A stretch of 63,757 bases of DNA, counting the filler, from Octopus bimaculoides (taxonomy: Eukaryota): assembly GCF_001194135.2 (NCBI RefSeq). It is 8 parts of 8 records of this genome, joined end to end, with 100 filler letters (N's around TTAATTAATTAA, not from the genome) between each part and the next. Parts side by side here need not be neighbours in the genome. Positions count along the whole stretch, not along the records: positions 25,344 to 52,397 come from NC_068983.1; positions 52,498 to 56,549 come from NC_069002.1; positions 56,650 to 63,757 come from NC_068989.1; 5 more parts are not named here. One strand, 5' to 3'. Below, in pieces: positions 50,781 to 63,757 of the stretch. Both the position numbers and the translations under genes were made by a program. Below the pieces are notes generated by a model that was given only the letters and a program-made list of their open reading frames with translations, did no database searches and was not told the DNA's origin. Each line of letters begins with the position of its first letter. Positions within the stretch are counted from its first letter, which is position 1.

Positions 50781-51829
50781 CTTCGCGGATCGCTTGAGAA
50801 ACTTTATTCGTATCAGCGAGAATTGAAGAATTGAATGTTGTTGACGTCATAAGAACATTTAGACGCCATAGGAATTTTTAGAGAGAGAGAGAGAGAGACA
50901 AAGACAGAGACAGACAGACACGGAGTTGAAGTATTTCCTATTTTTTACTTTTAAATCCCAAACTGAGAATTTTGAAATTAAATTCAAAATTCATTAACTC
51001 ACANNNNNNNNNNNNNNNNNNNNNNNNNNNNNNNNNNNNNNNNNNNNNNNNNNNNNNNNNNNNNNNNNNNNNNNNNNNNNNNNNNNNNNNNNNNNNNNNN
51101 NNNNNNNNNNNNNNNNNNNNNNNNNNNNNNNNNNNNNNNNNNNNNNNNNNNNNNNNNNNNNNNNNNNNNNNNNNNNNNNNNNNNNNNNNNNNNNNNNNNN
51201 NNNNNNNNNNNNNNNNNNNNNNNNNNNNNNNNNNNNNNNNNNNNNNNNNNNNNNNNNNNNNNNNNNNNNNNNNNNNNNNNNNNNNNNNNNNNNNNNNNNN
51301 NNNNNNNNNNNNNNNNNNNNNNNNNNNNNNNNNNNNNNNNNNNNNNNNNNNNNNNNNNNNNNNNNNNNNNNNNNNNNNNNNNNNNNNNNNNNNNNNNNNN
51401 NNNNNNNNNNNNNNNNNNNNNNNNNNNNNNNNNNNNNNNNNNNNNNNNNNNNNNNNNNNNNNNNNNNNNNNNNNNNNNNNNNNNNNNNNNNNNNNNNTCC
51501 CTTTTAGGATGGCGGTGAAGGAAGTCAAAGTAACTGAGCCGATATCTAAACGTATAGCAGCGTAGTCAGAATTTCAAACCATGCTGGAACCAGCATCTTC
51601 TTTAGTTCTTTTCTAGTCGGTTATTGTTTCATTCAGGTAAAAAAAAAAAATTTTTTTAAATGTATCATATATTACTTAGAGACTCCATTTGCATGGAAAT
51701 TAAAAGTTAAGTAGGAGTGAACATTCTTAACGCAGAGAGCATTAAAAAAAACTAATTACAAAATCAAATGCAGCGAGAGGAGAAAAATATGAGCTGAATG
51801 ACTAATCTCTTTTTAATAGTTCCGGCGAG

Positions 51830-51980
51830 GCGAAGGCGTGGATGTGTTGTTAAGACTGTCACTTTTCAACCACGTGGTTTTGGGTTCAGTCTTACTGCGT
51901 GGTACTATGGGTAAGTAGGTTTCTACTATTGCCCCGGACGGCCCAATTCTTTGTAGGTGAATTTGGTAGGCACTAAACAT
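51830..51980 (+). mobile_element. Old SINE family A head
   Basis: CAACCACGTGGTTTTGGGTTCAGTCTTACTGCGTGG. Confidence 0.65.
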
Positions 51981-52639
51981 GTCATATATTCGTATCGTCA
52001 CAGAGCCGCACGGCATTAATTTGTTTCTATACTGTATAATTATTTCGTTTGATTATACACATTTGCGTTGTGTTTGGTTTCGACGCTGCCCTCAGCGTTT
52101 GCTCACGATTCCCAGCAGCTTCTCGCTGCTGATGCCACCAAAAATTAACAATATTATGGTTAAAAGCATGAAATTGTAAGAATTTTTAGAATGAAGTGTC
52201 TCGTGGGTGAATTTTCCGCTTGTTCCTTTGTTGCGTTTCTGTTTCATTTTTGAGACTTATTTTGTTTGTTTGTTTGTATGTATGTATGTATGTATGTGTG
52301 TGTGTGTGTGTGTATGTATGTATGCATGCATGTATGCATGCATGCATGTATGTATGCACGTATGTATGCATGCATGTATGCATGTATGCATGTATATNNN
52401 NNNNNNNNNNNNNNNNNNNNNNNNNNNNNNNNNNNNNNNNNTTAATTAATTAANNNNNNNNNNNNNNNNNNNNNNNNNNNNNNNNNNNNNNNNNNNNATA
52501 TATATATATATATATATAGTATCATTCCTTTGCTGCTTGTGTTGTCTATGATTCTACTTTCATTAGTGTTGAAAAGAGTTTAAGACAAACCACCTGGTGT
52601 TCATAGATGATATACAGCTCTCCGGGAAATCCTATGAAC

Positions 52640-53590
52640 AGATTAATTCCCTTGTACAGACTTCATATATTCAGCATGGACGTAGGGATAAAGTTTGGTA
52701 TGAAAAAAAGAGGACACACCACCTACTAAGTCAGTAAAAGTGTAAGACAAAAGCCAAACCGGAAAACTTGAAGGAAATGCAGAGACTGTGGCAAGAAAAA
52801 CCATTGCATAGGCAATACCCCAAACGAATTGTGGATGCTGATGTAGATATGAGAAGAGTACTAGTTTGATAGTCGAAGCAGAAAGATTTATCCCAGCAGC
52901 ACAAAATTAGTGTCACTTCACCCAGAAATATAAAGCTAATGTCTCCTACAATGGACAGACCCCAAGTGTAAGCACTGCGACAACAAACTTGATATCGATT
53001 ACTACATGGTTGATCAGTTCTTGCTCCTACAGAATATGAAACCAGGCATGATCGAGATAGTCAATACATGCACTGGAGAATATGTCGCTACTATGATATC
53101 CTGCACCCTTAAAATTCGTACGAACACCACCTACAGCCAGTCACTTAAGGTGAGAATGTTACCATCCCGTGTGGGTATGGGATACAGGCACACAGGCTAG
53201 TAAATGGCAACATACCAGACATCGTCATCAAATACTTAAGATAAAAAGCATGCCTGTTAAGTGATAGGACGTTTCCTACTAATAGAAACATCTCAGCAAA
53301 AGAATTTTAAAAGCTATCGAAACAACAAGGACCTTGAGATTGAGATATTTAGGGCGTGGTAATTAAAGCCATAACCATCCCTGTTGTTGTGGGTACCCTG
53401 AGAATGATCAACCAAATGCCAGACCCCCAGGGAAACCAACAATCTACGATTTCCTGCACATTGTACTGACATCAACCGCTGACCTTCTCAGGACGTTTCT
53501 CTCCATCTAGTGTGTACGTGCCTTAAGTCTCTGGTTGAAACCCGACCGGAAGATGAAATAGAATGGAAATAAAACGAAAAATAAAAGTTT
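52640..53590 (+). mobile_element. Degenerate R4/Dong-like RLE non-LTR retrotransposon 3' region
   Basis: WQEKPLHRQYP, EAERFIPAAQ, KCKHC, LAPTEYETRHD, YMHWRICRYY, NIPDIVIK and IPVVVGTL, with many stops. Confidence 0.85.
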
Positions 53591-54288
53591 ATATTAATTG
53601 ATGTCTTTTATTTTTGCTATCATGGACATTTGTTACGTTAAATCGAAACGTTCTACATGTTGCAAAAAAAGCGAAGAATTGAGCAAATTTAAAAATATGA
53701 AACTTGGATGTTGAGACAGATAAGAAACGATCCATATATTCTGCTAAAGTCTCAGGTACAAACATCTCGAGCACTTCACAATAAATAAATAAATAAATAA
53801 ATAAATAAGTAAATAAGTAAATAAATAAATAAATCAATCAATCGATTCCGCCTGTTTTTCGCATTTCGTTTACAAAGTTGATCAAATTGTCGCAATATTT
53901 TCTTACTATTGAGACCTTTATGGCATCCTTTGAGGAGAAAGTTTCTCAGCCTTGCTTCTTTTTTGTGGTCTGGTGGACTACCCATCCTTGCTCTCGATAT
54001 GTTCTTTTAGAGTTCACTTTGGTTGTCTAGAGTCTCTTATTTTTTCATATTCTTTGCGCAATCCATAACCTTTTAACCCCATTCATCGCTCTGTATGCGC
54101 TCCTCGTCATAATACACTGGAGTGACTTATTCATTTCGGTTATGAGAATTGTGTGCTTCTCGATCATCGTAGAAGATGCAACCAATGAGAGACACAAGGC
54201 GCAGCTGATGAAGCCAAAGCATTCTGGGTTAGTTGTTGCTCTTCATGATGATTCTGTTGCAGTTCACCTCTCTCTCTTTCTCTGTCTG

Positions 54289-54378
<90 letters not shown>

Positions 54379-55165
54379 TCTTTCTCCTCTTTACCTTTCT
54401 AGTTCTTCAAGGCAGAAAGCCTTCACATGTCTTCTACTGTTGTAAGTGTAAACCCGATCCTTTCTCTCCTCCATCGCTCGTCTGGAATATTTCTGCTTCC
54501 GTACTCACGACGAGGATCAGATTTAGGGGAGACATATTCGATCTTCCAACAAAACGTTGATGCCATAGCGTCTCTGCAACAATTTGTTTTAATATCCTGA
54601 AACATCTTGTTAGAAATATTGCTTTGTCTCTTCAGCCCCAAAACTTCAAATCCACTTCATAACAAATGAATATATTTCTTTTTTATGAACTGATAATAAA
54701 CTCAGATTGGTTTCTTCTTTATACACGGCTTTGATTAATCTTTATCTCTGTAACACACACACACAAGCGCGCGCGTATAAAATTTTCCGAGCTCTGAATA
54801 TTAGTACGATTTCAGAAAACCCAATACGTCTCAAAATTTTTTTCCTTTTACCTGCGACAGTATATAAATCTTTATACAACAATTCTCAATAACTAATTCT
54901 GTGTAATATGGCAGAGATTCCTTCATATATGATATTCAAGATAAACGGCTTTTAGATCTTTCATATCGGAAAACAAAAGCGATAGTTTACACAGAGCGAC
55001 AAAACAACAAACAATGCAATAACTCTGATTTTGTAGTTTTACGCTAAGACGAAGCATTTGAACAATACACGGATATGTCTATGGATAACATTTTCCACTC
55101 AAAGTTTGAGTACTTACTTTCGTCTCAGTATATGCGAGTGTATGTGTGTGTATCATTATATATAA

Positions 55166-55203
<38 letters not shown>

Positions 55204-55217
55204 CCTACCTCTCTATT

Positions 55218-55261
<44 letters not shown>

Positions 55262-55275
55262 GATCTATCTATCTA

Positions 55276-55351
<76 letters not shown>

Positions 55352-55508
55352 GGCAAGCTTTTGTGTATATCTATATATCTATATATATNNNNNNNNNNNN
55401 NNNNNNNNNNNNNNNNNNNNNNNNNNNNNNNNNNNNNNNNNNNNNNNNNNNNNNNNNNNNNNNNNNNNNNNNNNNNNNNNNNNNNNNNNNNNNNNNNNNN
55501 NNNNNNNN

Positions 55509-55540
<32 letters not shown>

Positions 55541-55852
55541 TGTATATGTATGTATGTATGTGTGTGTATGTATGAGCATATATGGATATACATACAGGTA
55601 TACTTATGTGAATTTATGAATATATACATATTTAAATATTAGAGAGTATTGTAGTTCGCTTGAGACATTGTGTATTGTTTGTAAAGAATAAAAAGTTTTA
55701 AATAATACAAAAAATGGACTATATACTTATAATTTAGTTATCTATAGTCCGATGATATTTCGGAATACAATTCCTTCTTGAGATCTTCTTAGATGGAGTC
55801 TCTGCTATAAACTGTTTATTAACGGCTTTTCTTTTTTTTTCCGTACAATGAA

Positions 55853-55935
55853 CATCCTGATGAAGGGAGTGTCTAATTTCTAATATGAGTACTACACCAT
55901 ATTAATAGACACATCTCAGAAACGGTCCGTAGATG
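55853..55935 (+). ncRNA. Minimal type-I hammerhead ribozyme motif (Penelope pLTR type), possibly degenerate
   Basis: CATC-CTGATGA-[long stem II: GTGTCTA/TAGACAC and TAATATG/CATATTA]-GAAAC-GGTCC-GTA-GATG; predicted cleavage after 55931. Confidence 0.6.
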
Positions 55936-56265
55936 AATACTTATAACATTACCTATGTATTGTACGTTTTTTTATATATATTATATATACATATCATTTT
56001 CTAATATACACGTTTTTTAATATAATACATGTAAATTTTTAATATCATATCAAATTGTATCATATCGTATATATTTACCCATTATATGTTAAATCATACT
56101 GGACGTTTATATATTGTAATGTATTATCTTAAATTGCCAAATATTTTTATACAACTTGGAAACTATGCATGTTTATAAATATTTTAAAATAAATATTTTA
56201 AACATTCATGATATTTCTGAAGTTTATATCGNNNNNNNNNNTATATTTCTATGTGTGTGTCTTTG

Positions 56266-56313
<48 letters not shown>

Positions 56314-57153
56314 TTCATGCATACATATGCATATATTATATCTATAAACATATATACACTTATATATATATGTGAGTCTCTCTTTGCGTATGTGTATATC
56401 ACTGTTTCGTCTTCCTGTCGTGTTTTCTGTTTGCCACTATTCCTCCGCATTACAAATTTAAGTTAATTTAATTTTTTCCGCGGGAAGAACTATTCTAACC
56501 ATGCATCCTGCCCTAATTCTTCGAAACGCTTAGTTTAGAATAGGGGCAGNNNNNNNNNNNNNNNNNNNNNNNNNNNNNNNNNNNNNNNNNNNNTTAATTA
56601 ATTAANNNNNNNNNNNNNNNNNNNNNNNNNNNNNNNNNNNNNNNNNNNNATGTCCTGGGGTCGAATCGTTTGACAAGAACACTTCACGGCGGTGCGCAAG
56701 CATGGCTGCAGTTAAATAACTGAAACAAGAAGAATGAAAAAATATATATCGCTGAATGTGCTACGTACGGTGGCTATGTACGGTGTTTGTGCGTGTGTAT
56801 GTGTTTGTGTTTATTTATTGATATGGATATGTGTGTATAGATAGATAAAGGTATATGTGTATACACACATATACATATGAGCGCGCGTGTCTGTGCCGCA
56901 TGGGCGTGTAAAAGGAAATCTACCGTTTTCACTCAATCTATTTCATAATGGGGTGCGGTACAATGTGTAATATATGCAGCATTTCCGAATTTGAGAATAA
57001 AGTGTTTTTTCTAAACGCATGAGAAACACTATTTCAGAAAATTCTTTCGGTACTCTTTGAACATTCAATAGGTGTATTTTAATGAGGCAAACTAAGACAA
57101 AATGCGATAAATTCTCTTCTTTAAATTTCAGAAATTACACTTGAAAACAAATC

Positions 57154-57501
57154 GTTGTTGTTGGCACTCCGTCGCTTACGACGACGAGGGTTCCAGTTGA
57201 TCCGATCAACGGAACAGCCTGCTCGTGAAATTAACGTGCAAGAGGCTGAGCACTCCACAGACACGTGTACCCTTAACGTAGTTCTCGGGGATATTCAGCG
57301 TGACACAGTGTGACCCTTTGAATTACAGGCACAACAGAAACAGGAAGTAAGAGTGAGAGAAAGTTGTGGTGAAAGAGTACAGCCGGAGCTTCGTGGAGCT
57401 TTAGGTGTTTCCGCTCAATAAACACTTACAACGGGAATCGAAACCGCGATCCTATGACCGCGAGTCCGCTGCCCTAACCACTGGGCCATTGCGCCTCCAC
57501 A
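57154..57501 (-). mobile_element. Full-length tRNA-derived SINE (family E) with a 12-bp TSD
   Basis: Head GGCGCAATGGCCCAGTGGTTAGGGC...GGTTTCGATTCCC; (CAA)n tail; TGAAAACAAATC at 57142-57153 and 57502-57513. Confidence 0.9.
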
Positions 57502-58269
57502 TGAAAACAAATCATACACAACATATATAAACACACTTTTTTGTTGTTGTTTTTAGAAGCGTCGAATATGTATCGTATCATACATACAAGAAGGTAATAT
57601 TTCGAACACAGCATAGCCGTGATAAGAGCAGAAAGTTTGGCTATTACAAGACGGAAAAGGTTGTCGGCAGACAGCCACGGGACTTTTTTCTTATAAGGCT
57701 AAAAATACACAATCTTTCAGCTATTTTCACNNNNNNNNNNNNNNNNNNNNNNNNNNNNNNNNNNNNNNNNNNNNNNNNNNNNNNNNNNNNNNNNNNNNNN
57801 NNNNNNNNNNNNNNNNNNNNNNNNNNNNNNNNNNNNNNNNNNNNNNNNNNNNNNNNNNNNNNNNNNNNNNNNNNNNNNNNNNNNNNNNNNNNNNNNNNNN
57901 NNNNNNNNNNNNNNNNNNNNNNNNNNNNNNNNNNNNNNNNNNNNNNNNNNNNNNNNNNNNNNNNNNNNNNNNNNNNNNNNNNNNNNNNNNNNNNNNNNNN
58001 NNNNNNNNNNNNNNNNNNNNNNNNNNNATTTATAGATCTATACCAAAATTTGGTAAAAATATTGTATCTGTTATCAACGTAGCAAAATTCTCACATGTAA
58101 GTTTTTGTATGTATATCAATTTAAATAAGAGCTAAAAGATGACCCATTGTAAAAACTTTATTATGACCTATGATCATTTAGATGCAATATCCAGACTAAC
58201 TCATGCATATTATAAAATATGGAATATTGTATCTCTTCAGGGTCAGATTAATTCATATATATATATATA

Positions 58270-59241
58270 TGTAGTGAAACCACCTCTCTCGGTTATTTAT
58301 TTACAAATGCGAACGTAGCAGGTGACATCTATCTCTCTCCCGCCTTGGACCCTGCTGTGTCCATCACCCTGATTTGCGCGGCATTTGTCTCCAGTTCTGT
58401 TTCGCGCCAGGATGCATACCGACCAATTCTGGCCATCTAATAAGGTCACGTGAGAGAGGGTTTTTCTGATGTTTCGGGAGCCTCTTTGTACCGATAAATA
58501 GCCTGTTTTATCCGCGCCAGTTGGTCACGGCTTCAGACCTTCTAAGGTCTGGTCGTTGACCACGTAACACCAACCAGCCAGTTTTCAGCGACGACATCAA
58601 CACCATCGTTCAACTGTTTACTACAAGCTTCGTCGCCAACGTCAACACGACGTCTCTACGTACACAAGATACCAACAGCAACCGCAGCTTCTCAACACTG
58701 TTTGTGTGAATTGTTTTACCACGAAATAACAGCCAGAATTCGACACCTGCGAGAAACCCCTGTATCAAGTAGCCCGGCTCGGCATAGAAGCCTCAACTGC
58801 ACGACATGTGACTTAGCTCTGACTCAACGCCTCAACCTCTTATATACAGACTTTCAATCTACTGTGTACCTTAACTGAGAACTGGTATTTCTTATCCTTG
58901 TTACAGATTCTTTTCTATCCTCTGTATCTCTTGCATTCACATACATATATTTGTATATGCACTCTTTGTTTACATGACGGCCTGTCTTATATTGTGTTTT
59001 ATTATGTCGCATTCACACTCACAGACATTCTAGTTGACAACCAAATAAACCTTACTTTTATACATCTTTACCGGTTGAGTCTCTATCTATTCGTTGCTGG
59101 CAATTTCCTCGCATTTCACATGTGAAGTCTCTTATGTTATAGTATATAACATAATATATATTTTTGTGCCGACCGTGCGACACGTTAAAAGGAGCCTGTT
59201 TCCGTTCGTCACCATTCTCCTTTGGTTCGCACGGTCGTTTT
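58270..59241 (+). mobile_element. ~1-kb solo-LTR-like repeat; the 3' end lies in a gap
   Basis: Starts TGTAGT; homologous to 62904-63710 (ATGACGGCCTGTCTT, ATGTCGCATTCACACTC, TTCGTCACCATT, GCACGGTCGTT). Confidence 0.6.
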
Positions 59242-60149
59242 NNNNNNNNNNNNNNNNNNNNNNNNNNNNNNNNNNNNNNNNNNNNNNNNNNNNNNNNNNN
59301 NNNNNNNNNNNNNNNNNNNNNNNNNNNNNNNNNNNNNNNNNNNNNNNNNNNNNNNNNNNNNNNNNNNNNNNNNNNNNNNNNNNNNNNNNNNNNNNNNNNN
59401 NNNNNNNNNNNNNNNNNNNNNNNNNNNNNNNNNNNNNNNNNNNNNNNNNNNNNNNNNNNNNNNNNNNNNNNNNNNNNNNNNNNNNNNNNNNNNNNNNNNN
59501 NNNNNNNNNNNNNNNNNNNNNNNNNNNNNNNNNNNNNNNNNNNNNNNNNNNNNNNNNNNNNNNNNNNNNNNNNNNNNNNNNNNNNNNNNNNNNNNNNNNN
59601 NNNNNNNNNNNNNNNNNNNNNNNNNNNNNNNNNNNNNNNNNNNNNNNNNNNNNNNNNNNNNNNNNNNNNNNNNNNNNNNNNNNNNNNNNNNNNNNNNNNN
59701 NNNNNNNNNNNNNNNNNNNNNNNNNNNNNNNNNNNNNNNNNNNNNNNNNNNNNNNNNNNNNNNNNNNNNNNNNNNNNNNNNNNNNNNNNNNNNNNNNNNN
59801 NNNNNNNNNNNNNNNNNTTGAACCTTTGCAGCATTTTGCTATTGTTTATGCGAGGCATAAGCTGCTCTAAATTAGCAGAGTTGGCGTAGGATACCTTCAC
59901 GGTGTATCAATTAAAATTAGCATGATACCGATTAGATTTAGGAAAACACTTGTCTAAAGCAGTAAAAAAGTTTCCAGCTTTCTTGGTTGAAACATATAAA
60001 CTGAAAATCGGGTTGAACCAGAGGGCATCCTGATTCCTATATCTGTTGTTAGGTTTATTTGATCGAGTGTGTTTTGCAGCATTGGAACAAGCAGTTGGAT
60101 TATTATGTCGCGTGTGTCTATGAGTTTTCGTTGGCAGCTATTGATATGA

Positions 60150-61111
60150 CCAATTCTCATCTGATCGTGGACCTCAGTTCACCTCCAGGCTGTGGAATGA
60201 CATGTGTAAACTTTTGGGCATCACAATGAAACGCACAACAGCCTACCACCCCCAGGCCAACGGCTTAGTAGAGAGATTTCACCGCCGCTTGAAGGAATCC
60301 CTCACAGAAAGACTTAACAGCACCAACTGGATCGACCAACTTTCATGTGTGATGCTGGGAATCCGCACCACTCCAGAGGGAAACCTCAACACTTCTTCCG
60401 CAGAAAGGGTGTATAGTATCCCATTTACAGTACCGGAAGAGTTCCTTCCACACACAAAGTCAGACCCAGATGCTAAAAGATATCTTGCATAACTGAGACA
60501 CAGTGTGAGCCAGTTACTCCCATGTCAACACATGGTACACCTAGGTCATCCCTAGCAAATAACCTCCACATGGTGAAGTTTGTGCTCGTTCGTTGCGATG
60601 CATGACGAAAACCCCTTCAGTCACCCTATGATGGCCCATATGAAGTGATATATCCAAGAGACAAGTCATTTCAACTCCTGATTGGCGGACGACAAGACAC
60701 GGTTTCCATCGATAGACTGAAATCGAGCCATCTCGATATTGATAGCACCGTTCAAGTAGCTCGACCACTAAACAAAGGCCACTCTAGGCAAGTCACACCA
60801 ATCCCAGACAATGAAGAGTCGCCAAAGAACCGAATAACTACACGCAAGGGCAGGGTGATTAAAACACTTCAGTTCCAATAACAGTCAACAGTTCTGAGGG
60901 TGAGCTATATGTAGGGCACTGTCCATGGGCTCATAACGAGCTAATCTGCAGAGAAGGGACTTCTTGTTAGGCGGGAGAAAAGTCTAGCCATTTAAATGGC
61001 CGATCGTGCTCGCTCTCACAGTGTAACTGATTGAAGTGAAATAAACAATACACGACACACTCTTGTTCCTGATTATTTTTATGTATAGATTAACAAAGCT
61101 ACGCTGTTACA
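60150..61111 (+). mobile_element. Gypsy LTR retrotransposon 3' fragment: integrase, PPT and 202-bp LTR (60910-61111)
   Basis: SDRGPQFTSRLW, TTAYHPQANGLVERFHRRLK, GPY/F motif PYDGPYEV, VSIDRLK; G-rich GAGGGTGAGC before TGTAGG...AATAAA...GTTACA. Confidence 0.9.
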
Positions 61112-62103
61112 CATCCTCCTAACAGATTCCTTTCCAAGAGTGAGTAAGGGTAAGAGCAACTCAGTCATTAGCCCAGGGCCCCGCCTGATCATTTGAGGGC
61201 ACCATGTTATATGTTTGAGATTCTGCTTGAAATACAGGGAGCAAAATATGAAAATAGTAATTAGAGACGCAGAAAGTGGGGATGATAAAAAAAAAATGTG
61301 TTCATTTATATTTTACAGCAGTAAATATTTCGGAAGAGAAATTCTCCTTATAAACAATGTATTTGGAAACACCTCTGGAATATGAATGACTGTAGGACAT
61401 GGGTTTCTGCATCGTTACGAGTCATCAGTCACTGACACTGGATCTGTCAAAATAAAATAAAACATTTACTCTTCGTCAAAAACTGTTTAAATTATACAGG
61501 TTAAGGCGCTGAAATTCAGCCTGTCAGGAGCACCAGTAACGCTAGGAAGGCCATGATCAATACTTCTATTTAATTTCAGAATAGTGGACCAGGTGACTGT
61601 TCACGACTACCTATAAAGCGAGCTGTCTCGCCTAGTTTGAAGTATTCAGTGCTTGTTTTTTTTTTTAACTCTCAGTATCTTAAAGGGACTTTTCACTCTG
61701 ATACGATGCCGAACCTTGTGAGCGCATAAACAAAACACATGCAGTATGTGACATCGATAATGTTTACCTTATTAGAGCTGCTTATAATTTGAATTTTAAA
61801 TTTTGCTTTACCTGTGCGGCGCTGTTGCACATCCGCATATAGATTTTACACTATTTGCATATATATATATCCCAGACCAGTGATTGAAATTCATTCCAGA
61901 TGACACGAATGCACGATACCCATGAGTTGCAACGATCACCGACGGACCGAGTTCTCAAGCCTGGTTTGAGATATTCAGTGTTTTTTTAACATCCGGCTTC
62001 TTAAAAGAACTTTTCCATTTGACGACATCCTGTAGCTAATAAGGTCATAAACAAAAAGCATACAATATGTATATGTCATTGAAAATGTTTACTTGAGAGT
62101 CGC

Positions 62104-62185
<82 letters not shown>

Positions 62186-62903
62186 NNNNNNNNNNNNNNN
62201 NNNNNNNNNNNNNNNNNNNNNNNNNNNNNNNNNNNNNNNNNNNNNNNNNNNNNNNNNNNNNNNNNNNNNNNNNNNNNNNNNNNNNNNNNNNNNNNNNNNN
62301 NNNNNNNNNNNNNNNNNNNNNNNNNNNNNNNNNNNNNNNNNNNNNNNNNNNNNNNNNNNNNNNNNNNNNNNNNNNNNNNNNNNNNNNNNNNNNNNNNNNN
62401 NNNNNNNNNNNNNNNNNNNNNNNNNNNNNNNNNNNNNNNNNNNNNNNNNNNNNNNNNNNNNNNNNNNNNNNNNNNNNNNNNNNNNNNNNNNNNNNNNNNN
62501 NNNNNNNNNNNNNNNNNNNNNNNNNNNNNNNNNNNNNNNNNNNNNNNNNNNNNNNNNNNNNNNNNNNNNNNNNNNNNNNNNNNNNNNNNNNNNNNNNNNN
62601 NNNNNNNNNNNNNNNNNNNNNNNNNNNNNNNNNNNNNNNNNNNNNNNNNNNNNNNNNNNNNNNNNNNNNNNNNNNNNNNNNNNNNNNNNNNNNNNNNNNN
62701 NNNNNNNNNNNNNNNNNNNNNNNNNNNNNNNNNNNNNNNNNNNNNNNNNNNNNNNNNNNNNNNNNNNNNNNNNNNNNNNNNNNNNNNNNNNNNNNNNNNN
62801 NNNNNNNNNNNNNNNNNNNNNNNNNNNNNNNNNNNNNNNNNNNNNNNNNNNNNNNNNNNNNNNNNNNNNNNNNNNNNNNNNNNNNNNNNNNNNNNNNNNN
62901 NNN

Positions 62904-63710
62904 CAGTTCTCTTTGAGATCTGTTCCGTGTACCACACGACAGCAGCAGCAACAATCAGCCAGCGACCACTTCAACAGCTTCGTCCAGCCAACGATGACCA
63001 CCGCCGTCGCCACATCAGCAACACGAGACTACGACAACTACCAAGCAGCCTTTTCGCCACCAACATCTCCAACCATAGTCAACACGACTTTCTATGTACA
63101 CCAAACTAAACCACCGCGGCACATCTCTCTCTTCGATTCTGTTAGGTGACTCAGCTTCACCACGATAAATAAACAGACAAGAGATTTCAGCCAGCGACGA
63201 ACGAAGAACATCTGTATAACAAGAATCACGGCCCGGCACGGAAGCCACCACATCACAACTAGTGATCAGCGCTGCCACACACAGCCTCCACTCCTTTCAC
63301 ATACAGACTCTTTCAATTGTGTACTCAAGAACTGGTATAAATGCTCACGTGTTACTGACTCTTTCTATCTGCTGTAATATCTCACATACACATACATGTA
63401 TCACTCACATACCTCTTTTCTTTGTATGACGGCCTGTCTTTTATTATGTTCTTATATGTCGCATTCACACTCTCACACAGACATACACTTTAATGCCACA
63501 ATAAATATTTCTGTTATTCATCTTATACGGTTGTCTTTTCTATCGTCTCATTGCTGGCTATTTATGTTATCGTAGTATAACATACCTTTGTATATCATCT
63601 TTGATATATAATTGTGTGTTCGACCTTTTGACACGTTTAAATAAAAGGAGTCCTCTGTTTTTCCATTCGTCACCATTTCTCCTTTTTGAGTTTGCACGGT
63701 CGTTCTTACA
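62904..63710 (+). mobile_element. Second diverged ~1-kb solo-LTR-like repeat; the 5' end lies in a gap
   Basis: Ends GGTCGTTCTTACA; collinear with 58270-59241 at roughly 70% identity. Confidence 0.6.
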
Positions 63711-63757
63711 GATATGTGGGAGTATTAATAGTATTTTCTTTAAAGAAGTATATTCTA

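Noticed and set aside
53870-54650. Stop-riddled minus-strand peptides vaguely resembling a Transib N-terminus or a LINE linker
   Set aside because: No diagnostic motif; too degenerate to assign by eye.
61385-61443. Minus-strand CUGAUGA...GAAAC-CCAU-GUC hammerhead-like string, next to a strong splice acceptor at 61444
   Set aside because: Stems I and II are mismatched at the core junctions, and all three frames after the acceptor stop within 10 codons.

Overview
AT-rich eukaryotic genomic DNA with many N gaps, mostly intergenic or intronic. The SINE families, microsatellite load and TTAATTAATTAA gap linkers point to a draft cephalopod (Octopus-like) assembly; that host call is inference. Most of the window is transposon debris: tRNA-derived SINEs, RTE, RLE-type and Penelope-like retroelements, mariner, maT, pogo and hAT DNA elements, a Helitron fragment, a Gypsy integrase fragment with its LTR, and two ~1 kb solo-LTR-like repeats. 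Nearly all supplied ORFs are microsatellite or gap artefacts. Host-gene evidence is limited to two phase-compatible exons of an unidentified minus-strand gene (16986 to 16091) and weak plus-strand exon candidates in a CpG-depleted block (about 21-27 kb). There is no rRNA, genuine tRNA gene or CRISPR array. The most unusual structures are: a 250-bp fold-back element of head-to-head TTAGGG arrays with an exact 8-bp TSD; a ~1.4 kb inverted repeat; a perfect 40-bp mariner made of two fused TIR ends; an old inverted duplication spanning ~14 kb; a minimal hammerhead motif; and a 120-bp LINE patch inside a SINE. I see no evidence for a complete new multi-gene system. Identities and CpG counts are estimated by eye.
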